A stretch of 64,000 nt of DNA. It comes from an uncultured Fibrobacterota bacterium (lineage in GTDB: Bacteria; Fibrobacterota; Chitinivibrionia; Chitinivibrionales; FEN-1185). The DNA lies in the NCBI GenBank assembly GCA_963753345.1, contig CAVWBU010000032.1, forward strand, positions 32,001-96,000, read 5' to 3'. The translations under genes and the position numbers were made by a program. Shown here one piece after another: positions 10,755 to 19,005 of the stretch; the first letter of the stretch is position 1, and each line of letters begins with the position of its first letter. The notes beneath the pieces are model-generated. The model was not told the DNA's origin. It did not search any database and saw only the letters and a program-made list of their open reading frames with translations.

Positions 10755-11289
10755 ATGGGGGGATGTTTCCCCCTCGCTGCGGCCTCCTCGGCCTTCGGCC
10801 TGCGGTGTCCTCCGCTACCCCCTCGTGGGTAGCCCCCAAGGGAGTTGATTTGCAAGAAAGAAACATCTGCTGCGGGGGCACCGAGAAAGAGAGTTGAATA
10901 GTTGAAAAGCCAAGAATCCAAGAGCAAAAAACGAAAAAAGAACCATCATTCTTGTTTTTTCAGCCACATAGTGGCGCGATATTCTTAGCCCGGGGCAACG
11001 CCCCGGGAATGTAAAGATAACAACGTCATTTCCCCTCTCCACTTGTGGAGAGGGGTGGCCGCGAAAGCGGCCGGGGTGAGGCGACGGTTCTGAGCATTCC
11101 GATTTGCGCAAGGAAGTAAATCGACTGAATAGAATTCTGTTGCCGCGCGCTAGGCAGGACCGGAGTGGTCCCGCCGTGGCGGGATTGCCGGCCGACCCCT
11201 CGCCGAAGGCGACTCGGGGCGGATCGGCAACGAGGCGAACAGCCGAGCCCGGAGGGAGGGCCGCCGCCGCGAAGCGGCGGGGCGCACAA
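10755..11289 (+). repeat. Bipartite structured repeat, A+B composite with two REP-like units in the spacer
   Basis: A 10755-10892, B 11121-11289; same motifs as 7373-7881. Confidence 0.9.
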
Positions 11290-11345
11290 GTTCTTGCTAT
11301 TTAAGAATTGAAAAATATTATAACACAAAAAGGGGGAAGGCAAGC

Positions 11346-14138
11346 ATGATTCACAAAACAATTGTTTCAGCGGCGATAATTCTTGCTCTGGCGGCCTCAT
11401 TCTGCCGCGCAGAAACCTACGTCCCGGATCCTTCTATCCGGCTCAAGATCAACCTGGGCGCCACGCCATGGAAGTTCACGAAAGGCGACCCGATAAGCGC
11501 GCAAACCGTGGCCTACAGCGACGCGGCATGGCGAACCGTGGGAATTCCCTACACCTGGGACGATTCCTGCTCGTTTCTCAACATGGACGCTGGAGGCCCG
11601 GACGCCAACCTGAGCACCGTCGCCTGGTACCGGAAGCATTTTACGCTTGACAATTCGTATTCATCGCACAAGATCTTCGTCGAATTCGAGGGCGCGCATC
11701 AGGCCGCCGCCGTCTACATCAACGGCACCTTTATCAAAAACAACGACACCCTCAATCCGAATGCCACGCATGTCGTCGGCTTTATCCCTTTTATCGTGGA
11801 CCTCACGCCGTACGTCCAGTTCGGCGGCCCCGACAACGTTCTTGCGGTGAAGGTGAGCAATGCGGGCGGCGGCTTTTACCAGGACCCCGGTTTTGCCGAG
11901 GCCTACAAGTACGGCATGGGCGACGGCGGGTTGTTCAGGCCCGTGTGGATGCATGTGACGAACAAGGTGTATGTTCCCGTCAACGTATACTCGGTTGTCA
12001 ACAACTGGGGAACCTACGTGGGGATCGTCTCGGCCACCGACGCTTCGGCGACGCTCCGCATCCTCACGCACGTGCAGAACGAGAGCGGCGGCGCTCAAAC
12101 CGTCACCCTCACCACCAAGGTGGTCGATTCGGCAAACGTGGTCGTGCTCAGCATGGACGCGACCCAGGCCATTCCCGCCGACAGCAGCTTTGTATTCGAT
12201 CAGACCGGCGATGTCGCCAGCCCGCACCTGTGGTATCCGGCCAACAGCCCATGGGGCAAGCCGTACATGTACAAGGTATACCATATTGTCAAGCTCGGCG
12301 GCGCGACCGTCGACGTTTTCAGGAGTCCGCTGGGCATTCGCGTCATCACCTGGAACAGCGACTTCCCGATTATCAACGGGCATCCGCATTACCTGTGGGG
12401 CGGCGCGTCGCGGTACGATTATCCCGCACTGGGCACCGCCGTGCCCGAAGAAGTGCAATGGCGCGACGCCAAGCTCATGGCCGACTGCGGCGGCAACCTG
12501 TGGCGGCCCGGACACGCCACGGCCAGCCCGGAATTCACGGCCGCCTGCGACGCGTACGGCGTCATGATCGTTCAGCCGAGCGGCGACATCGAAGGAAATT
12601 TCCAGACCGTCTATATCGCCAGTCCCACCACCAAGGTGCCTCTCAAAAAGGAATTGCACAGGGACATGATAATCCGCGACCGGAACAATCCCTCGATTCT
12701 GGCCTGGGAAGTGAGCAACGGCCCCATCGACTTTGATCTTGAGAAATACATACGGATCAACATCGACAGCGTGTGGGACCCCGTTCATACCCGCGCGATG
12801 TCCGACCGTGGGTATTGGCCGGACATTCCGGCGTTTACTGCGGGTATTGCGAGCACCATTTCCTGCTCGGCCACGGGCTGCGAGATTCCGTTCCACCAGC
12901 AGTATCCCGCCATTCCCTCCTGGGGCGCCGAGTCGTGGAGCGGCAACAACAAGGGATTCAGGTTTGATTACGACAACGAGCTCACCATCGCGAGTCTCTA
13001 TATCCAGAACTGGAAGCTCAGCAAGAATGCAAAGTGCTTCGGCCTTGTCCAATGGTATATGGCCGAAACGCCCGGCGAAAGCGGCATCGGCAGATCGTTC
13101 GGGACCGCGATGATGGATTGGAACCGCATTCCCAAAATGATGTACAAGATTTATCAGGCATGCTGGACCTACTACGCGGTGAAACCGGTTGTAAACCTCG
13201 CCTACCACTGGAATCGCGGCGGGGCCGTGACGGTGAACGCGTTTTCCAACTGTCCGAGCGTGCGGCTCAGGATAAACGGCGCGGACCAGGGCACAAGGGT
13301 TCCCTACCCGGACACGGGCACCGGCACCGCGCTCATGCCCACCCAATGCCAGTGGAACGTTACCTTCGCGGCCGGAGTGCTCCGGGCGGAAGGACTTGAC
13401 GCAGGCGGGAACGTGGTGTGCACCGATTCGGAAATAACCGCCGGCAACGCGGACCACATCCAGCTCACCGTCCTGCCGCCCATCGTGAGGCCCGACGATG
13501 GCACGACGTTCCAGATCCAGGCCAACGGCACCGATGCCGCCTTGATTCTCGCCAAGATTGTTGACGCCCAGAACAATTGGATTCCCACGGCAAGCAACAA
13601 CGTCACGTTCGCGGTGAGCGGCCCCGGGTACTACTGCGGCGGCGCGGACAACAACACCTCGGGCGGCGGAGCATACCATCATGCGCCGTTCGACCCCGAG
13701 CTCACCGCCGAAGGCGGCATGTGCAAGATCGCGGTGCGGTCGACGTTTACGCCGGGAACGGTGGGCGTCACTGCCACGTCCGGCGGGCTTTCGGGCACTG
13801 CCTCGTTCACCACGGTTGCGATGCCGCCGATTCCGTCGGTGGGCGTGATAAGCCCGGTGCACCATCAGGAGGTCTATGCCGCCGCGACGGTGCAGATGCG
13901 GATGATCGGCCGCACCCTGCGGTATTTCCTCAATGTGCCCGCAACGGTGTCGTTCGACATTCTCGACGCAGGCGGCAGGGTGGTAAAACATGTTGATCAT
14001 TTCAAGCAGGTTGAAGGGTGGCATCCGCTGGTTCTTGGCGACGGATTGACGGGTGCGAACGCTAATGGCGTTTACTTTGTGCGCTGCAGCGTGGATCAGG
14101 GGGGCAGTTTTGTGAAGAGGGTAATTGTCATTAAGTAA
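11346..14138 (+). CDS. Secreted GH2 protein (copy 3)
   Basis: Colinear paralog, intact 930 aa; leader shared with copy 2 (TTATAACACAAAAAGGGGG..GGCAAGCATG). Confidence 0.88.
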   Translation: MIHKTIVSAAIILALAASFCRAETYVPDPSIRLKINLGATPWKFTKGDPISAQTVAYSDAAWRTVGIPYTWDDSCSFLNMDAGGPDANLSTVAWYRKHFTLDNSYSSHKIFVEFEGAHQAAAVYINGTFIKNNDTLNPNATHVVGFIPFIVDLTPYVQFGGPDNVLAVKVSNAGGGFYQDPGFAEAYKYGMGDGGLFRPVWMHVTNKVYVPVNVYSVVNNWGTYVGIVSATDASATLRILTHVQNESGGAQTVTLTTKVVDSANVVVLSMDATQAIPADSSFVFDQTGDVASPHLWYPANSPWGKPYMYKVYHIVKLGGATVDVFRSPLGIRVITWNSDFPIINGHPHYLWGGASRYDYPALGTAVPEEVQWRDAKLMADCGGNLWRPGHATASPEFTAACDAYGVMIVQPSGDIEGNFQTVYIASPTTKVPLKKELHRDMIIRDRNNPSILAWEVSNGPIDFDLEKYIRINIDSVWDPVHTRAMSDRGYWPDIPAFTAGIASTISCSATGCEIPFHQQYPAIPSWGAESWSGNNKGFRFDYDNELTIASLYIQNWKLSKNAKCFGLVQWYMAETPGESGIGRSFGTAMMDWNRIPKMMYKIYQACWTYYAVKPVVNLAYHWNRGGAVTVNAFSNCPSVRLRINGADQGTRVPYPDTGTGTALMPTQCQWNVTFAAGVLRAEGLDAGGNVVCTDSEITAGNADHIQLTVLPPIVRPDDGTTFQIQANGTDAALILAKIVDAQNNWIPTASNNVTFAVSGPGYYCGGADNNTSGGGAYHHAPFDPELTAEGGMCKIAVRSTFTPGTVGVTATSGGLSGTASFTTVAMPPIPSVGVISPVHHQEVYAAATVQMRMIGRTLRYFLNVPATVSFDILDAGGRVVKHVDHFKQVEGWHPLVLGDGLTGANANGVYFVRCSVDQGGSFVKRVIVIK

Positions 14139-14154
14139 TTGACAAGAGCCTCTA

Positions 14155-14610
14155 GGAGGGGGAAGTCTCCCCCTCGCTTCAGACCGGCGCGCGATTCTTG
14201 AGTCCCTTGAGACCGTCAATCGCGCGCCGTTCTTTCGCTACCCCCTCCTGGGTGGCCGCCTTGACAAAGCAGATGCTGGAACATGTATTGCTGCGGCGGC
14301 ACCCACGAGCGATAGTTGAAAAGAAAATGCGTTGAAGAGTTGAAACGTTGAATAGTTGAACAATCAAAGAAGAAGCCATCACTGATTTATTGCGGATATC
14401 GAATGGCGCGGGACGAGGTAATTGACAGAATAGATCTCCTCTGCCGCGCGTTAGGGGCGACTGGAGGCCGCGCTGGAGCGCGGTGCTGCCTGACCACGGC
14501 CCACAGGGCCATCGTGGCAGGCAGCCCGAGGCCAAAGGCCGAGACCGGAAGGAGAACCGCCCGTACGTAAAGCCGCGGAATTCCGCGGCTTTACGTACGG
14601 GAACGCCCAG
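14155..14610 (+). repeat. Bipartite structured repeat, A+B composite (CCGCC/GGCGG stem variant)
   Basis: A 14155-14310, B 14422-14610; between convergent genes. Confidence 0.9.
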
Positions 14611-14633
14611 ATTTCTTTCCAAAGGGAACTTTA

Positions 14634-16040
14634 TTATTTAGCAAGATCCTCAATCATACTCTTCGCCGCATTTCTCCCCGCGCCCATTGCGAGTATGACT
14701 GTTGCCGCTCCGGTCACAATGTCGCCGCCGGCGTACACAAACTTCTTTGATGTCCTGCCGTCGGCCTCGGTCGCGACAATGGTGCCGTGCTTGGTGACGG
14801 CGATGTCGGGCGTGGTTTCGCGGATGAGCGGATTGGTGCTGTTGCCGATCGCGACGATCACCACGTCGCAGGGGATGTCGAATTCGCTGCCCTTGAGCGG
14901 CACGGGCCTCTTGCGGCCCGATTCGTCGGGCGCGCCCAGCTCCATGTGCAGGCACCGCATGCCGGTGACGAAGCCCTTGTCGTCCGCGAGTATGGCAACG
15001 GGATTGGTGAGCAGGCGGAACACAATGCCCTCCTGCTTTGCGTGGTGCACCTCTGCGCTGCGTGCGGGCATTTCAGCCTCGGTGCGGCGGTATACTATGG
15101 TGGAGGTCTCTGCGCCCAGCCGCAGCGCGGTGCGCGCGGCGTCCATTGCAACGTTGCCGCCGCCAACGGTGATTACGCGCCTGCCGCGGATGATGGGCGT
15201 GTCCGCGCCCGGCTTGTACGCCTTCATGAGATTGCTGCGCGTGAGGTATTCGTTCGCCGTGTACACGCCGACGCTGTTTTCGCCCGGGACGCGCAGAAAC
15301 ACGGGCAGGCCAGCGCCCGCGCCGATGAATATCGCCGCGTATCCCTCTTCGGTAAGCAGGCCGTCTATGGTGGCGGTCCTGCCCACGATAAAATTGCGCT
15401 CCACGCACACGCCGAGCCGCTCCAGCCAGCCGATCTCCTTTTTGACAATGTCCTTGGGGAGCCGAAATTCCGGGATGCCGTAGGTGAGCACGCCTCCGGC
15501 CTCGTGGAACGCCTCGAACACGGTCACGTCGAATCCCTCTTTGACAAGTTCGCCGGCGGCGGTGAGGCCTGCCGGGCCCGAGCCCACCACGCCCGCCTTT
15601 TTCCCGTTTTTCGGCTTCACCGCGGGAACCGCGGAACCGCCATGCGCCATTTCCCAGTCGGCCGCGAAACGCTCGAGCCCGCCGATATTGATGGCATCGC
15701 CTTTCTTTCCGAGAATGCATTTCGCCTCGCACTGCGTTTCCTGCGGACACACCCGGCCGCATACCGCGGGCAGCGAGTTCGTCTCCCGTATCTTTTGGGC
15801 CGCCTTGGCGAATTTTCCCTCGGAAACCAGCTTCACGAACTGCGGGATCGCGACGCTCACCGGGCACCCTTCCACGCACAGCGGCTTTGTGCATTGGAGG
15901 CAGCGCTTCGCCTCGGCAATTGCCTCGGCCTCGGTGTAGCCGAGCGGAACTTCGTCGAAGTTCCGCGCCCGGACCTTCGGATCCTGTTCCCTCATGGGCA
16001 TGCGCCTGGCGCGCGCTGGTGTTGCGGGTTTTTGCGTCAT
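14634..16040 (-). CDS. nfnB: NfnB/SudA-type NADPH-dependent flavoprotein (GltD-like large subunit of electron-bifurcating transhydrogenase)
   Basis: RCLQC..CVEGCP, CGRVCPQE.QCE Fe-S motifs; GSGPAG and GGGNVAMD Rossmann motifs; ATGA overlap with upstream partner. Confidence 0.85.
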   Translation of the reverse strand: MTQKPATPARARRMPMREQDPKVRARNFDEVPLGYTEAEAIAEAKRCLQCTKPLCVEGCPVSVAIPQFVKLVSEGKFAKAAQKIRETNSLPAVCGRVCPQETQCEAKCILGKKGDAINIGGLERFAADWEMAHGGSAVPAVKPKNGKKAGVVGSGPAGLTAAGELVKEGFDVTVFEAFHEAGGVLTYGIPEFRLPKDIVKKEIGWLERLGVCVERNFIVGRTATIDGLLTEEGYAAIFIGAGAGLPVFLRVPGENSVGVYTANEYLTRSNLMKAYKPGADTPIIRGRRVITVGGGNVAMDAARTALRLGAETSTIVYRRTEAEMPARSAEVHHAKQEGIVFRLLTNPVAILADDKGFVTGMRCLHMELGAPDESGRKRPVPLKGSEFDIPCDVVIVAIGNSTNPLIRETTPDIAVTKHGTIVATEADGRTSKKFVYAGGDIVTGAATVILAMGAGRNAAKSMIEDLAK

Positions 16041-16879
16041 GCCGGCCTGCCTGTCACGATGCAATGGTGCTTTTCGAGCGCGCTCTTTTCAAACGTGCGG
16101 TAGCCGCTTTGCCGCCGCATCATTTCGTCCCAGTCTATTTTGCTCGCGTCGAATTCCGGTCCGTCAACGCACGCGAATTTCGTCTCGTTGCCCACGGTCA
16201 CGCGGCACCCGCCGCACATGCCTGTGCCGTCGATCATGATGGGGTTGAGGGAGACCATTGTTTTTATTCCCGCGGTCACGGTGATGCCGGAGGTGACCTT
16301 CATCATCATGGCCGGCCCGATAATCACGCTGAAGTCGAATTTCGCGCCGCCATCGATGAGTTTCTTGGCGCTGTCTGCGGCAAATCCCTTTTCGCCGCGC
16401 GAGCCGTCGTCGGTGCATACGATGACGCGCTCAGAAACCTGCTTCATTTCATTCTCCAGTAAGAGCAAATTCGCGGCGCGGGCCGCCAATATTGTCGTGA
16501 TTTCGTTTCCGGCGTCTTTAAGGGCAGTAACAATCGGATACAACGGTGCTGCGCCGACCCCGCCGCCGATGCACAGGCATTTGCCGAAGTGCTCGATGCG
16601 CGTGGGCCTGCCGAGCGGCCCGGCAAGGTCGATAATGTTGTCGCCTTCGACAAGGATCGAAAGGATCGTGGTGGATTTTCCCGCGACCTGGAAAATAAGC
16701 TCGATCCAGCCTTCGGCCGCGTTCGCGTTTGCGATGGTGAGGGGGATGCGCTCGCCCTCGGTGGTGGCGCGCACGATCACGAACTGCCCGGCTTTTCGCA
16801 TCCTTGCAATGCGCGGCGCGTCGACCCGGTAGCGGTAGACAAGTTCGGAGAGCTGTTCTTTCTTGATGATTCTCTGCAT
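16037..16879 (-). CDS. nfnA: NfnA/SudB-type ferredoxin-NAD(P)+ reductase small subunit
   Basis: GQFVI..GERIPLTI, GPLG, GGGVG, TDDGS, DGTGMCGGCRV..CVDGPEF. Confidence 0.88.
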   Translation of the reverse strand: MQRIIKKEQLSELVYRYRVDAPRIARMRKAGQFVIVRATTEGERIPLTIANANAAEGWIELIFQVAGKSTTILSILVEGDNIIDLAGPLGRPTRIEHFGKCLCIGGGVGAAPLYPIVTALKDAGNEITTILAARAANLLLLENEMKQVSERVIVCTDDGSRGEKGFAADSAKKLIDGGAKFDFSVIIGPAMMMKVTSGITVTAGIKTMVSLNPIMIDGTGMCGGCRVTVGNETKFACVDGPEFDASKIDWDEMMRRQSGYRTFEKSALEKHHCIVTGRPA

Positions 16880-16969
16880 ATGTAGTAAGAGGGAAAATTA
16901 GTTCATGAGTGAAAATGGGTGGGAGGGAAGTTGGGGGAGATGTTGTCATTACAAGTCAAGAAGTTGGTC

Positions 16970-17008
16970 TTGGTGGGAGCACCGCTTCGCGTTTCCCCCT
17001 CGCGCCAG
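16970..17008 (+). repeat. Truncated module A head (A' variant)
   Basis: TTGGTGGGAGCACCGCTTCGCGTTTCCCCCTCGC, nearly the same as 41580-41613. Confidence 0.65.
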
Positions 17009-17036
17009 TTGTCTACACTCTATCAAATACAAAGAA

Positions 17037-17182
17037 TGGGCGTTCCCCTCGCCTTTGCTCGGGTCGGTCTCCCTCCGGGCTCGGCTATTCGCCTCGTTGC
17101 CGGACCGCCCCGATGGCCTTCGGCCGGGGTCGACCGGCAATTCGCTTTGACTCACCCTACGGTCCACCTAACGCGTGGGCAG
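17037..17182 (-). repeat. Module B, minus strand
   Basis: TGGGCGTTCCCC..GGTCCACCTAACGCG is the reverse complement of module B; close to copy 25255-25397. Confidence 0.85.
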
Positions 17183-17351
17183 AGGTTGAGTGCCACATCC
17201 TTTTCTAGGGCTGCCGCATCGTTTCGTCTTGACAATCCGCAATCGACAATGGGAAGGTGGGGCGCCCAGCTTTGTCTTCGTCTATCAAAAACCTTTTATT
17301 GGTGAGAGTTCTACATCCCACCTCCTTTCCGCACGGTTCTATATTTAGACT

Positions 17352-18545
17352 ATGACATCGAACAATCCCGCATCAATCAAACAAGCGTCCCTAAATACTG
17401 CGCGTTGTCTTGCTCTTGCCGGACTATTGATAAGTGCGACACTTTTTTCCTGCGGAAACCCGGCAAGCACCGGAGCCGCCGCCAAGCCGCCTGCTCCGCT
17501 CAGCATCAGGGCAGTCGGCTCGTCCCTGAGCGGCATTTGCGTGACGTGGGTGAGGGTGCTCGACGTCACATCGTACAATGTCTACAGGGGCAGCACCAGC
17601 GACACCGGGGCATCCGTGTTTGTAAAGAAGGTGGCGGCGGACACCTTTTTCGACACAGGCCTGGTCGCCGGAGCATACTATTACTATGAAGTAAGCTGCA
17701 TCAACAGCCTTGGCGAATCGCCGAAGTCGTCGGCCGTCGGCTCGACCACGGGGTTTCCCGGAAACGTGGCGGCGAAGGGGGTTTCCGCATCCGGCATTTC
17801 GGTTACATGGAATCCGGTTGCGGGCGCGGCGTTGTACAATGCGTACCGAAGCGAGTCGGATACGGGCGCGTTTCTCGCCGTGGGGCTGGTTGCAAACGAC
17901 ACCTTTGTCGATACGGGCCTCAGCGCCGGCAAGGTTTACTACTACGAGGTGAGCGCGACCGGCGGTTCGCAGGAGTCGCCGTTGTCGGGGGCGGTGTGGG
18001 GAATCACGATTGCCGCGGCGCCTTTCGGTTTGAAAATTGATTCTGTTTTTGCGAAGACGGCAAGAATCGTATGGCAGGCGGACACGGGCGCGTCCTCGTA
18101 CACGGTGTACAGGAGGCCGAATGACACCGCCGCTTTTGCCGCGGTGGGCGTCAGCGCTTCGGACACGTTTACCGACACAGGCCTTTCCCCGGCGACCCGA
18201 TACTCATACGCGGTCTCGGCGGTGAACCTGTCGGGGGAATCGCAGAAATCCGCGCCTGCAGGACTGCTCACCATTCCCGCCGCGCCGCAGATCGCTGTCG
18301 ATTCGGCCCTGTCGAGTTCGAGCGTGCTTGTACTTTGGAACGCGGTGACGGGTGCGACGGCTTACAGAGTCTACAGGAGAGATTCCACCACGACCGCGTT
18401 CGCGCTCGCGGGCGCAGCCGCATCAGATACGTTCTTTGTCGATACAGGTCTTTCAACCGGTATGAAATATTTTCACGAGGTGACTGCGCTTGACAGTTCG
18501 GGAGAATCCGCGCCGAGCGCGGTTGACAGCGTGACTACGCCATAG
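17352..18545 (+). CDS. Fibronectin type III repeat lipoprotein
   Basis: Lipobox LFSC; four repeats of W..V.GA..Y.VYR..F.DTGL..G..Y.Y.V.A..GES. Confidence 0.85.
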   Translation: MTSNNPASIKQASLNTARCLALAGLLISATLFSCGNPASTGAAAKPPAPLSIRAVGSSLSGICVTWVRVLDVTSYNVYRGSTSDTGASVFVKKVAADTFFDTGLVAGAYYYYEVSCINSLGESPKSSAVGSTTGFPGNVAAKGVSASGISVTWNPVAGAALYNAYRSESDTGAFLAVGLVANDTFVDTGLSAGKVYYYEVSATGGSQESPLSGAVWGITIAAAPFGLKIDSVFAKTARIVWQADTGASSYTVYRRPNDTAAFAAVGVSASDTFTDTGLSPATRYSYAVSAVNLSGESQKSAPAGLLTIPAAPQIAVDSALSSSSVLVLWNAVTGATAYRVYRRDSTTTAFALAGAAASDTFFVDTGLSTGMKYFHEVTALDSSGESAPSAVDSVTTP

Positions 18546-18810
18546 GCGGCGGGGGCTTCACCCCCGCGCCCCGACCTACTTTCTTTCTGCAGCGAAAGAA
18601 AGTAGGCAAAGAACGCCGCGCCTGCAGCGCCGCCTGATCCTTCGGCCGTCGGGCCGCTCGTGAACTCGCCCGGCATGAAGCATCTGCCAAGAACCTTGCG
18701 CTTGTACATGGAAACCCATTCGTCAATACCAAACCTGCCGGGCTCAGACAACACGAGCAGCCAAATCCTCCGGCCTCAGGGTCGGCGCTGATGGCGAAAA
18801 AACAAAAACG
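18546..18810 (+). repeat. Module C: different palindromic element in the A position
   Basis: GGGGG-CTTCA-CCCCC hairpin; perfect 13-bp IR CCTACTTTCTTTC/GAAAGAAAGTAGG (18575-18606); AACTCGCCCGGCA..TGCCGGGCTCAGACA. Confidence 0.6.
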
Positions 18811-18817
18811 GCAATGC

Positions 18818-18963
18818 TCTTCTGCCCAGCGCCAGGGCGGACGGCAGAGTGCGCTGGAGCGCAGGGCTGCCTGACCGCGCCGACAGGCATCGCGGCAGGC
18901 AGCACCGAGGCCTTGGCCGAGCTCGAACGGAGGCCCGCCGTCGCGAAGCGGCGGGGCGCCCAC
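18818..18963 (+). repeat. Module B, diverged variant
   Basis: CTTCTGCC..GCGCCAGG..GCGCTGGAGCGC..GCTGCCTGACC..GGCAGGCAGC..GAGGCC..GGGGCGCCCA; compare 14440-14610. Confidence 0.75.
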
Positions 18964-19005
18964 GCTACTCTTATATTGTAAAGCACACTTTTATCAAAGG
19001 TCTCT

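Noticed and set aside
11661..14219. Long antisense and alternate-frame ORFs (e.g. 11661-14219, 4737-6425, 14787-16103, 47048-48325)
   Set aside because: Shadows of GC-rich genes on the other strand; no motifs.
14634..16040. Glutamate synthase small subunit (gltD)
   Set aside because: No gltB nearby and it is coupled to an NfnA/SudB-type gene, so NfnAB fits better.
16905..17305. Small ORFs inside repeat modules (also 7362-7826, 20088-20736, 39520-40059, 62787-63422)
   Set aside because: Frames are not conserved between copies; indels between copies ignore codon phase.
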